Below, piece by piece: positions 52,299-64,000 of a stretch of DNA of 64,000 nucleotides (positions within the stretch are counted from its first letter, which is position 1; every line of letters begins with the position of its first letter). Source of the DNA: Eledone cirrhosa (taxonomy: Eukaryota); the NCBI GenBank assembly GCA_964016885.1, contig OZ024740.1, positions 360,034,001 through 360,098,000 on the forward strand. Reading direction: 5' to 3'. The position numbers were made by a program, and so were the translations under genes. The notes under the pieces are model-generated. The model was not told where the DNA came from and did no database searches. It saw nothing but the letters and a program-made list of their open reading frames with translations.

Positions 52299-53520
52299 CA
52301 AAGTTATCGAACCCCATCAAGGTTTCTTCATACTCAGGAACTACCTGTCTATTCCTAAGCTTCTGTATCTGCTCAGGGTCAGCCCCTCTCACAGATTTCC
52401 GTCCTGCCTCCAACGCTTCGACGACTTAATCTTCGAGAGACTCAAGTGCCTGGTCAATGTTAGACTCTCTCCGGAGTCCCACGATCAGGCTGCGTTGCCC
52501 AAGCGATTTGGGGGTCTTGGTCTTCGTAAGTGTTCGTCACTCTCTCTCCCCTGCTTCCTTTCCTCCACCCACGCGAACTCCACCCTGGTGAGTAGCATCC
52601 TCTCCTCTCCAACATGGACTAGTTCCAACAGGGAGTTGGGTGAAGCTCTCCAGCAATGGAGTGAGTTGGGCTTGTCTCTTCCTGAGAAGGTGGAGGACAG
52701 TCGAAATCAGAGAACTTGGGACAACATAAGTTCGAAGACCACCTTCGACTCCCTCTTCAGCCAGTCAGATCAGTTTGTAAGGTGCCGCTTACTATCTGCC
52801 AGCGCCAAATACTCAGGTGACTGGGTCGATGCTCTACCCGTGGCCAACGTTGGTGGACGAACTTCGTGTCTCCATTGCCCTCAGAGTGGGAGCTGACGTC
52901 TGCATGGGTTTGAGGTGCCGATGCGGCAACTCCTCGACTCCACGGTCTTTCTTGCCGCCTGAATGCCAGCCACTTCGCGCATCACACGGAGCTAAAACCT
53001 CATTCTGAAGAGAGCTTTGGCCTGGGCGAATATTCCCTCAATCTTGGAACCATCTGGGTTGTCCAGAAGTGACGGCAAAAGACCTGACGGCCTTACCCTG
53101 TGCCCCTGGTCGAGAGGCAGGCCTTGTCTGGGACGTCACTGTTAGTGACTCATTTGCTCTTTCCCACATCCTGGATGCTGCGGTTAGGACGAAAGCCACA
53201 GCTTCTGCAGATGGGCGGAGTAAGACCCTCAAATACTCTGATCTGTCAGCCAGCTACATTTTTCAGCCAGTGGCTTTCGAGACGTTTGGGGGAGTCGGAC
53301 CGCTGACTGCGAGGTTCCTCTCCCCACTGGCGGCTCACCTAATAGAGGTAACTGGCGAATTTCGCGAGAGCGCTTGGCTGTTTCAGCGCATCAGCCTCGA
53401 CATCACCCGAGGCAACGCTGCGATTGTGCTGGCTTGCCTCAAAAATCATTAGAGAGGTTGCCCAGAACTCGCGACGTTGCTGTCTTTTGCTCTGGTGTTG
53501 GCTCCGTTGTTCACCCCTTC
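52298..53520 (+). mobile_element. 5'-truncated CRE-like non-LTR retrotransposon (RT thumb, Zn finger, RLE)
   Basis: IPKLLYLLR, LPKRFGGLGL, CRCG..HGLSC..H, GKRPDGLT, WDVTVSD, FQPVAFETFGG, WLFQRISL..RGNA; frameshifted. Confidence 0.9.
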
Positions 53521-54317
53521 CTTTACATTTTCTTTAATATGAAATTGAAAAGTAAGAATGGGTGTTTCGAAAGCCATACCATGCAAGTGGAAAACAAAAG
53601 CAAATATCTAGTCCATGTTATGCATCAGTTAAAGTTAGTGTTTTACTTTCCATTTAGTAATCACATTCTTCCTGTTGAGTAATGCGTAATTTTTTCTAAT
53701 GAAACTGAAAACAGAATAGCTTGTATAGGTTGTAAATGTAAAATGTTGATATAAATCGCAAAATGTATCTCTGTATTATTTTAGGTTGTTAAGACAATCA
53801 ATGCAAATGACACAATTGTAATTATTTTTATATAACAAAATAGAATATAATAATCATAACAATATATTTAAAACGCATAAGAAGTGTCCTTGTATCGTTT
53901 TTGTTTTGTTTAGAAAGTGAAATATAGTATTAGGGATGTATTTTGAAGTATACACCTTCATTTGCTGCTGCTGCTGCTTCTTCTTCTTCTTCTTCTAAGG
54001 AGTGTCGTGGAAGCAGTGTCCTCAAGCATACCTTCCAGCGGATCCTGTCAGAAACATCCGTCTCCGATTGATCCGTCTGGATCCCCAAGTGAGAGCAGTG
54101 GAGCTCATGGATGTTATCCAACAATTTTTATCAGCTTCAACTCATGGTTCTCCGGTCAGTTTGTTTTGCGTAAAATCTGCCCAGTGACTCTTTCCTGAGA
54201 CATTCTAACCACATGTCCAAATTATCGGAGCTATGATCTCTCAATTCTGAGAAGTAACGTCTCCACCTGGAGTGACTCTCTGATTTCCAAGCTATGCACT
54301 GTAAATGGTAATCATCT

Positions 54318-54460
54318 TTATTATTATTGTTGTGTTATTTCGCTTAACTTAGTTCTGTTTCTCTATTGCCGGGTTCAGGCCTTCAACCTAGGGCAATAGA
54401 TGTTTTCATTGTAGAGAGAGAACTCGTCTGAGAATGTGTGCTGTTCCTAGTAGCCGGATC
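54318..54460 (-). mobile_element. R4/Dong-like extreme 3' end
   Basis: LGTAHILRRVLSL* followed by a short UTR and a (TAA)-rich tail. Confidence 0.6.
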
Positions 54461-54639
54461 TCAGCTTTTAGTCCAGTGTTTCAGAGCCAGTTTTGTGTAT
54501 TCTTTGTCTACTTCCTTTTAGCTTTTTGGGCTATTGGTCATGTAAGGATTCTCTTGCTATCGTTTTACCATATTGGTAGTAGTGGTGGTGGTGGTAGTAG
54601 TAGTGTGAGGAGGATATTTTAGACAAATTCTCTCAGTCA

Positions 54640-55747
54640 TTCCAAAAGGCAAAAGGATTGATCAAATCTGAGCCTGTTTGAAAAAACTCAACACTTTGGA
54701 CTTCTATCAAAGTTTTGAAGCTTGCTACAAACATGAGAGCATATCTTGGTAGAAATGAACAGTTTGCCCAGAATCTATTAATGCTTGGGGACAGAAAACT
54801 TCCTGTAGATAGAAAGGGAGCTATTGATATAAGCCCCATAGGCACGATGGTGGAGTCTTATTGAATCTCATAGAAAAAAGTGTTGCCTAATCTTGAATAT
54901 CAGTTTGCAAGTCACAAGTGGCTCAGGGAAAGGGCCATATTGGCCCTGAAAAATGCGACTTGGAATTGGTAAATCAAGAGCTGTTAAATAAAATTCCAAA
55001 GGTTTTGAAGCTCTATTGATCTGCCAACACTGGTAGAACAGCAAGAAGCTGTCAATTACCCGACAGAGTTCCTCAACTCTTTAGAACCATCAGGAATAGC
55101 CCTTCACCTGTTATTAAGGAATTTGGAGCCCCTAAAGGCTATGCAACGGCCCTCGATTGGTTGTGGAAAATATGTATCCACAGGTGATTCAAGCCAGCAT
55201 TTCAACAGGATGTGGTAAGGGAGATGATGTGTTCGTTCCAAGAATTCATCTTATTTCCAGTTCAATTTTCTGTAGGTCTTAGTTTTGCCATGACCATCAA
55301 CAAATCATAAGGACAAACATGTCCGGTTGCCAGTTTACACGTTGAAGAGCTCTGCTTTACATTGGATATTCAAGAATAGAAAGTCAGAAAAATCTTTACA
55401 TTTATGCACCAGATGGAAAAACAATAAACATTATTTAGGGCGGTGGATTGGCAGTATCGGTAGAGGGTCGGACGCCATGCTTTGACGCATAGAGTTACTG
55501 CCCTTACCATTCTGAGTTCAAATCCTGCCGAGGTTAACTTTGCCTTTCATCCTTATGGGGTGGATAAAATAAAGTACCAGTAATACACTGTGTGCCTTGT
55601 GCCAAAAGTAGAAACAATTATTTATACAAATATTATAAACTGACCCAAATTAATAAAGAATTCCGTCCTCATCAAGGGGACCTTTCTTCGGGGAAGACAT
55701 GAAAAAAAAATTGAAATAGAGGCATTGACGGGCTACTCAGCTAGCTA

Positions 55748-55748
<1 letters not shown>
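54640..55748 (+). mobile_element. Degraded Helitron helicase fragment with 3' end
   Basis: NYPTEFLNSLEPSG and FAMTINKS remnants; CTAG terminus at 55741-55748; paralogous to 56590-57370. Confidence 0.75.
55438..55620 (+). mobile_element. tRNA-derived SINE inserted in the Helitron
   Basis: High similarity to 38942-39130. Confidence 0.85.
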
Positions 55749-55784
<36 letters not shown>

Positions 55785-56014
55785 CGCGCGCGTGCGTGCA
55801 TGTGTGTTGTGAAAGACGCAACTACTTTCTAGTTTCAATTTTTTATCAGTCTTATATTTTCCAAGACATCTACAGTTTGTTTGTAACAAGGTTCCTTAGT
55901 CCATAATTTTGTCAACGTTTCCACAGCCTCACGGTTTCGTTTTTAGAGATGTTAGTTTATTTATACTGTCCCTTTTATTACAGACGTGTATTTTATAGCA
56001 TATACGTATACATA

Positions 56015-57370
56015 TCTACTATATATTTGAGAGCATATGCGTCTTTGTATATATGTATGCATCTGAAAGGCTCCTAAACGGTGTGACCTAGAGAAAAACA
56101 GATTAGTTTTTCAACATCGGCATCCCAAGAGGAATGTTTTTGGTTTTTAGTAATCATAAAATATAATTTGCTAAGAGAAATAATTCAACCTCAAAATCAC
56201 AAAAATTGAACGTCATAGAAGACGCCATCATTTCAATCAACAAAAAATATCCATTAATGCGCGAAGTGAAAAGGTGACAGCCAATCAGATTAGTGAATGT
56301 TTATTTTTATCGTCCGTCGAAGCGCTCTTTTCTTCTGTCCGTCTTTCGATTTCGTTGTTAATATGTGAGTACGACTTTTCGTCGTAGCGTGACTTAGTTG
56401 TTAGGGTATTCGGCTCACGATCGTAAGGTTGTGAGTTCGATTCCCGGCAAGACATTTTATTTCGTGTTATTCTAGTCCACTTTCCATAGAAACCACCATG
56501 GAGATGATTGACAATTCACAGGAAATAAGTAACGGGTGATGAGGCTCGTGGGAGACATGGTTTGACATGGAATAAAAAATTGCCCGGAACCACGGGCTAC
56601 TAGAATTGATGAAATTCGAGCTTCTTTGAAAAATTCAACACTATGGAGTTTAATCAAAGTTTTCAAACCCTCTACAAACATGAGGACATTATTGGTAGAG
56701 ACGAACAAAAAGGGCACTTCGCAGAAAATCTCTTAATGTTTGCAAACGGAAGACTTTCTGTAGATAGCAAGGAAGCTATTGATATAAGCCCCATAGGCCA
56801 TGATGAGTAGAATTCATACCCGATCTCTTAGAGAAAAGTGTTCCCTAATGTTGAGGATCTGTTCGCAAACCACAAGTGGCTCCAAAAAGTGTGACAGGGA
56901 AATTGATAAAACAAGAGCTGTTAAAAAGAATTCCAGGAGTTTCGAAGCTCTATCGATCTGCCGACACTGTGGTGGAACAGTCAAAAGTTGTCAATTACCC
57001 AACAAAATTCCTCAACTCTTTAGAATCATCAGAAATGCCTCCACATGTCCTTCACCTTAAAGAGGTGCACCCATCATGTTATTGAAGAATTTGGATCCAC
57101 CTAGGCTATGCAACAGCACTCGATTGGTTGTGTAAAACATGTATCCAAATGTGATTCAAACCACCATTTCAACAGGATGTGCTCGTCCTAAGGATTCCCA
57201 TTGATTCCCATTGATGTCCTATTTGAATTCAAACGAATTCAATTTCCAATGAGTTTTAGTTTTGCCATGACCATCAACAAATTGCAGGGACAAACATTTT
57301 TGGTTGCTGGTTTACAGCTTGAAGAGCCTTGCTTCACCCATGGTCAGCTTTATATTAGATGTTCAAGAGT
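56015..57370 (+). mobile_element. Helitron deletion derivative (5' TC end plus helicase fragment)
   Basis: A|TCTACTATATAT at 56015; FAMTINKLQGQT..FTHGQLYIRCSRV; contains a tRNA-like SINE head at about 56385-56450. Confidence 0.75.
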
Positions 57371-57642
57371 TCAGCTTCACCTTACTATTTATTTTTTCTT
57401 AGTTAGCTTTATTTTTGCTATGTTTTTCTTACCAAACCCAGATAAATAAAAAAAGTCGGTTTTGGTGAAATCTCTGCCCTAATAAGTAATGAGAGATGAG
57501 GCACGAGGGAGATATGGTCAGAAAAAATTGGAAGAAAGGCATTCAATGGTGAAAATTGCATGGCAATGACAGGCTACTCTGCTTGTATATGTAGAAAATG
57601 TAATATATACACACACATATATATATGCATATATGTATGTGC

Positions 57643-57703
<61 letters not shown>

Positions 57704-57739
57704 TATATATATATACAATGAAAATGGCGTCTGTGGTGC

Positions 57740-58195
57740 CTCTACCAGGCATAAAGCCGAATGTTCACCATCTTGGGCTCCAAATGCCTCAGATCTGCAA
57801 TGGTTCAGGCAAAATGATCATGCCATGATTAGGTGGATCTCTGGCACCGAAATGAAAGATGAAACCGCTTCGATCATGCTCCACCAGAAGCTGGGTGTGG
57901 ATGAGATCACTGGTGTCCTTCGCACACAAAGTCTCCGTTGGTATGGACATGTACAGCAAGCCACATCATGCATCAACTCCATCATTCACTTGGCAATCCC
58001 TGGCACTAGAGATCACAGCAGACGAAGGAAGATGTGGTTGGAGTGTGTAAAGAGTGATTTGTATAAATAGAACTTGGCCGATGTCGATACTATGGATGGA
58101 AATTCATGGAGAGCGGCTGTGAGACATTGTCTGGTGTTGCCTACCTCTGAGTCCAGGACAACTGTAGCACCCTAAAGACCAAAACTGGATATGGA
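57740..58195 (+). mobile_element. RTE-type LINE 3' fragment
   Basis: WAPNASDL..RNDHAMIRWI..LRWYGHV..WLECVKSDL, followed by a (GGAT)n tail. Confidence 0.8.
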
Positions 58196-58234
58196 TGGAT
58201 ATATACATACGTACACATTATATATATTTATATA

Positions 58235-58386
58235 TGAGGGTCAGCTAAAACGTTCATAGGCTGACCAAGACACTCTCATGGAATGGCCAAATAATATTAT
58301 TTTTTAACATAGTCCCTGGAAAAAGATTTCATAGCACTAGCATCACTCCTTCATAGTCAGCCTATGAACTTTTCAGCATACCCACA
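58235..58386. mobile_element. mariner-type MITE
   Basis: TIRs TGAGGGTCAGCTAAAACGTTCATAGGCTGAC / GTCAGCCTATGAACTTTTCAGCATACCCACA within TA flanks. Confidence 0.7.
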
Positions 58387-59133
58387 TATATATATATGTG
58401 TGTGTGTGTGTAAGTATGTATATATATATATGTATGTGTGTAAGTATATATACATGTGTATGTATATATATAGGTGTGTATGTATGTCAGTCTGGTGAAA
58501 GAAGACATAGAAGTTGAAAGCTGGCAACAAATTCAGAAAAATCCTACTCAATGCTTAGAATAGGGACGAAGAGGGAGTGGAGACCTATAATATAAAGAAA
58601 ACCTGGGGATTTTTTCTAGACAATCTGCTGAAGGCCACTGACCAAGGTCGTGGCTGGAGCAAGGTCTCAAAGTGACATAGTGGTGGGATGATAGAGTAGA
58701 TAGAGCCATAAAAACAAAAGGATGGTCATGGAATGACTAGATTAAAGTGTGAAAACAGTGCAATATCCAATAGCTAGAAGAAAAGTTAAGTGACTGGTAT
58801 ACATAACGAGGGGGAGTAGAAAAGCAATTAAAGATATGCCTCATAGGACTTATACTGATGCCCTCTTCCTTGTAAGAAAACAGCAGAAGTACCTAGCTAA
58901 GAGTAAGCCTCTATAACTGGAGAAGGCCTTTAACAGCATCCCCTGCTCGGTAGTCTGGTGGGCATTGAGGGAGCTTGGTGTAGACCAGCAGTTCTCACCT
59001 TTATTTACCAAGAGACCCCCCTTGATTCCTATTTTACTCTGGTGGAGCCCCATAGCCATTCGATGTTTAAAAAATTCTATTATCTTTCTTCTGTTCAGTT
59101 CTGACACAACTCAAGGGAGGTAAATCTCTCTCG

Positions 59134-59179
<46 letters not shown>

Positions 59180-59699
59180 GCGGACGTAAAATGATGATCA
59201 GTGGTGATGACGTGTAAATAAATGTTATATATATATATATCATCATCATTTTACGTCCGCTTTTCCCTGCTTGCAAGGGTGGGATGGGTCCTATTCAGCA
59301 CAGCATCTTTCCACTTGTCACGGTCCTTCGTCATCTACTCTGTGAGCTTCAGCAATCTGAGGTCTGCTCTCACCACCTCCGCCCATGTTTTTTGTGGTCT
59401 TCCTCTACTGCGTCTTCCTTCTACTATATATATTACATTCATTTACACTTCCTCACCACTGATTCTGGTTGTCTTTTGATTTCTATTAATTCTCTTGGGA
59501 ATTTTTTGATCAACTGTTTTAATTAACTGTTATATTTTTTTTATATTTTTTTTAAATTTGGTTTCTTTCGCTGGGGCTCAGAAGGAAAGCAAAATTTTTC
59601 CATAGACTCCTAAAATAATACCATTGACCCCCAATTTACTATTTTTGTGTGGAACCCCAAAATTTGTATATGGACCTCAGGGTCCACATGATTGAGAAT

Positions 59700-60660
59700 C
59701 ACTGGTGTAAATGAATTTCTCAAGAGGGCCAGGCAAGTCATTTATAGGGGTGCAACTAGCAAGGTGAGAGTTGGTTTTGAGTACAGTGATGAATTTGAAG
59801 TGCAGATGGGAGTCCACCAGAAAAATCTAGAATCAAAAAGCTTAATAGTAAACTTAGCAAGGTCTAAAGTTTTAATAAGTAGAAAAGAGGACAGGAACCT
59901 AATACTGTCAGAGAAGCGGCCTTGTTAAATAGGTTGAAAAGGGAGTTGGAGGAGAGAAACTCCAGTGTAATTTATGGATGCACAAGAGATGTTGTGGGAT
60001 TGTAGATATGTTGAGGTTATATGTGGCAGATGCACAGAAAAAGTAAGTATTAAAAGCAAATGTGAAAAAGATTGCGTCAATTGTTCAGGAGGCTTCTTCG
60101 AAGATGTTGACAGCTTTTGTTACCTAGGTGACCTAATCAGAGGTGGGGCAGGTTGCTCTGAAAGTGTGGAAGCTAGGATAAGAATGGACTGGAAGAAGTT
60201 TAGGAAGTTGGTACTTCTGCTGACGACAAAGGGCTTCTCCCTCAGAGTGAAGGGTAGACTATGATACTTGCATGCAAACCACAATGCTTCATGGTAATGA
60301 AATGTAGGCCTTGACTGCAGAAGACATGTGAAGGCTAAACAGAAATGAAGTGAATATACTCCGATGGATGTGTACTGTTAGTGAGAATGAATGCTACAGC
60401 ATAAGCAAGCTGTGAGAAAACTTCTGTATATGAGGAATTATGCAGTGTACCAAAGAGAAAAATGTGGTGGTTTGGGTATGTGAAGCATATGGAAAATGGC
60501 AGCTATGTAAATAAATACAGAGAAATCTGTGAATGGGACTCATAGCTGAGGTAGACCAAGGAAGACATGGAATGAAGTAATAAAAAATGACCTTAGGAAG
60601 CAGATGACAAAGGACCACAAGGATTGGTGACATGTGACAGTGGAGAATATCCACCTGTCA
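59700..60660 (+). mobile_element. RTE-type LINE RT/3' fragment
   Basis: VQMGVHQ, VNLARSKVLIS, ICGRC, VDSFCYLGD, ARIRMDWKKF, GFSLRVKGRL. Confidence 0.82.
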
Positions 60661-61888
60661 GCATAAAAATATGACCTGACTCCCTACTTCCCTGTTGCTC
60701 ATTAGGAACTTCTCTCACCATTATTGTACACTCCTACTCTGCCCAGGATCATCCCCACTCTTCCTCACCTTCTCATCACCCTGTTAAACTACATGACACA
60801 CTTTCTCCCCATCACCATTTGAACCCCAGCATTTAACTTTTCACTCTCCCCCACACCTCCAGTCCCTTACCCATGGTATACCTATCATCCTTCTTATCTC
60901 CTCCATCCTATTCCTACCATAAAAACCCACCACCACAACAAGAGTAGAGAGAGCCCTTCAATTAAGTCTATGAGCAACAACCTCCCTAGAGCTGGTGCCA
61001 CAATAAAATGCAACCAATATTCTGTAAAGGCCTTCCAGACATAGAAACCCTGCTTACATAGGTAGAGAGGACTTTCCAATCATTACACAACTTCTCTAAT
61101 GCTGGCCCAATGGAAAACGTATTTAATATACCCTGTTAGGTGACTGATGAAAGGAAGGACATCCAACGGTAGAAACTATACCAAAAACAAGTTGGGAAGG
61201 CACAACAACCTCTCTAGTGTTGGTGATCTACATGATAAATACACCCAGTACACTTTGTATAGGGTTAGAATTAACATTGGTGCTAGCACTAAGGCTAAGT
61301 GTAAAGTGGTTAGTGGTAGAAAGGACATCCAGCCATACAAAATTTGATAAACAAAGGGTAGGCAGGACCATTTGGTTGTGTCAAAGACATGACTACCTAC
61401 CTAGTGCTAGTGTCCCCTTAAAATGCACCAGTAGAGTGTGGGAATGTATGTAAGCAAGATGCAGGTCTGTGGCTCATCTGAGAGGTCAGCAGTTTTGATT
61501 AGTACTGACTTGATCAGTGATGACCCGTCTAACCTTTGCTAGCAGGGAAAATGGCCATTAAATAATTGTTTCTACTATGGGCACAAGGCCAGCAATTACC
61601 CAGTGCATTACTGGTACTTTATTTTATCGACCCCGTAAGGATGAAAGGCAAAGTTAACCTCGGCGGGGTATATATATATATACACACACAAACATATATA
61701 TATATGTGCATGCATGTGTGTGTTTATATATAGAGAGAGAGATGGTGATGCTAATGATGATTATATATATATATATATATATAGAGGGCGGCCGACCAGG
61801 ATAGAAGCTGCTAAATGTTCGGTTGCCCTCATATCTCTGATTTTCAGCCCCATGGATTTTGTCTATTATATTCCTTTGTTATATTTCG

Positions 61889-61950
61889 ATTACCTGATGA
61901 TGTCATCGGATTCATACTGAATCTGGTCATTGAAATGATCATAGCATAAT
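61889..61950 (+). ncRNA. Type I hammerhead-like motif with degraded stem I
   Basis: CTGATGA (61894); hairpin ATCGGATTCA-TAC-TGAATCTGGT; GAAA (61932); palindromic TGATCA; TA. Confidence 0.55.
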
Positions 61951-62154
61951 AAACTTTTAAGGAATTACACCAGTCCAGCCTCCTGTTATTTTATAATAAT
62001 TAACTCCGTACTCGCACCACCAACTACACAAACGAAGATGGGTGAGTTGCATTACGTTGAGTGCTCTCCATAATATGACATCGAGGTTGACCATACGGAA
62101 TGACCAGTTCTATCCAGTGGTGAACCAACAAACCTAAATAAATATATATATATA

Positions 62155-62346
62155 TAGGAAAAAGTATGACCCTGACGGCAGAGCTCAAGCCGTTTCGACA
62201 GCTATTTCTGGACTAGAAATAGCCATCGAAACGGCTTGAGCTCTGCCGTCGGGGTCATACTTTTTCCTATTTCCCACTCTACTACCCTAAGTATTGAGTA
62301 CTCTGGTGCGTTATGGTCCATCTGGTTCCTTACCACATTTCCTTTG

Positions 62347-62347
<1 letters not shown>
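62155..62347. repeat. Third fold-back family copy, flanked by (TA)n
   Basis: Inverted arms around CTATTTCT-GGACT-AGAAATAG; same body as 17007 and 28769. Confidence 0.82.
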
Positions 62348-62399
<52 letters not shown>

Positions 62400-62917
62400 A
62401 ATGGCTTCTATAGGTCTAGAACTGTTTCCTGCTGATTTCCTTTGAATGAAATAGTTCTAGTCCTGTAGAAGCCATTTCTATATTAAATTTGTTGTTTACA
62501 CTCTACTAATGTATTGAGTACCTTCTTACTGTGGTTACCCCAGATTGAACCTTGGACTCTCATACACACACACACATATATATACTTAAATTGTGTTGTA
62601 GTATAGACATTATCTTAAATCACCCATTTATGGTCATATCTAGTTTCTGTCTGTAAGATGGTAGCACTGGTGCTATGATAAAAGGTAACCAGTTTACCCT
62701 ATAAGGTGGTTATGTTGGTGACATGTAAAAGGCAACCAGTACACACTGTAATGTAGTTTGTGTTAGGAAGGGCATACAGCCATAGAAAACCAAGCCAGAA
62801 CAGATTTGTATGAGCAAGACATGGTTACCTCACCTGCCTGGCTTCATAAAGTGATAAGCTAACTCATATGAGTATAGAAAATAGATGTTAAATGGTAATG
62901 ATGATTATATACATTTA

Positions 62918-62949
<32 letters not shown>

Positions 62950-63008
62950 CATAAGGCTCTGATACCATCAACACTATAAACACAGAGCTGGCATATCTAA
63001 GAACTGAC

Positions 63009-63068
63009 TTACTGCCTGATGAGGTCATAGCCATTCAATGGCTATCATCAAAATATATATAGCAGTAA
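63009..63068 (+). ncRNA. Type I hammerhead relic with one core mutation (GAAA to AAAA)
   Basis: TTACTGC CTGATGA GGT-CATAGCCAT-TCA-ATGGCTATC-ATC AAAA TATATA TA GCAGTAA: 7-bp stem I, long stem II, palindromic stem III. Confidence 0.65.
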
Positions 63069-63506
63069 ATAAAGGATTATGAGTTCATGCAATTGACTTA
63101 TGTTTCGTCACTATATATATAGCTTCCTCCTCAATTCCCCATGCATCTCCCCCACCCAAGTCCCCAATCTACTCCATAATGTGGTCATCCTGGAGCCACA
63201 ATAATAAGCGTCCAATCCACACTGTAAAGTGATTGTCTTGGTGACACAACGAAAAGTGCCCAGCCCACACTGTAAAGTGGTTCAGCAGGAGTCATGTTAA
63301 AAAGTGCCCAGCCCACACAGTGAAGTGGTCGTGTAGGGGTCACGACAAAAATCACCCAGTGCACACTGTAAATGTGGTTAACATTAGGAAGGGCATCCAG
63401 CCATAGAAACCAAGCCGAAATTAGTTCTGTCCAAGCAAAACCAGGTCCTCCGAACATGGTTGTCTCACAATGAGACAGCACGTCGTACCAAATGGACGTT
63501 AAATGA

Positions 63507-63589
<83 letters not shown>

Positions 63590-64000
63590 CATATATATAC
63601 ACACACATTCATGTATATAAATATAGATATGCATATACCTCACATTTGTTCACCTTCATCGACTATAGCCTTGACCATGAGAAGTTAATGTCATCAGACA
63701 GTCTTCAACATTCATTGGGTGTTTCAACCCTGAAACATAACACCATCCCAGGGTGGATTAATAGTAGTCACCATGATTTTTTTTTTGCCTGGCTCCTTCT
63801 TTCCTACTCCATTTTGTGAGCTGTTGTTTTCTTCTGTCGTTCCAATGGCAGTTAGCAATCTCCATACTAATTGAGCCAGGAATCCTCTGGAGACAACCCC
63901 AACAGGAAATAGCCATGGCCATTATCCTTTCTCTCTGCATTCATACACAAGGTATTTAGCCCTCTTTGGCTCAAAGGCTTGGCTGCACCTTTTTTTTCCA

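Noticed and set aside
56385-56450. tRNA gene
   Set aside because: It has box A/B-like motifs but no convincing acceptor stem, and is better explained as a SINE head inside a Helitron relic. The same applies to 38942 and 55438.

Overview
Eukaryotic, AT-rich, repeat-saturated animal DNA with long (TA)n/(CA)n microsatellites. The SINE/LINE repertoire suggests a mollusc, probably an octopus; this is an inference. Only one convincing host gene is visible: a two-coding-exon small heat-shock protein (alpha-crystallin/HSP20 family) on the minus strand (CDS 42560-42318 + 39990-39724, 169 aa). The rest is mostly layered transposable elements. At 1-12.8 kb is a Helitron cluster into which a near-complete CsRn1-clade Gypsy element inserted, itself hit by a solo LTR. 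At 32.9-37.1 kb is a compact 4.2-kb LTR element with an atypical RNase H and a non-canonical PBS matching the 5' end of tRNA-Phe. At 13.6-15.6 kb a 47-copy 42-bp minisatellite sits inside a CRE-like non-LTR relic. There are many RTE-type LINE fragments whose RT region carries an embedded PHD-type Cys/His finger, plus tRNA-derived SINEs, Tc1/mariner-type MITEs, and Penelope-like element ends bearing several type I hammerhead ribozymes. All calls were made by eye from motifs; no database search was run, and boundaries of degraded elements are approximate.
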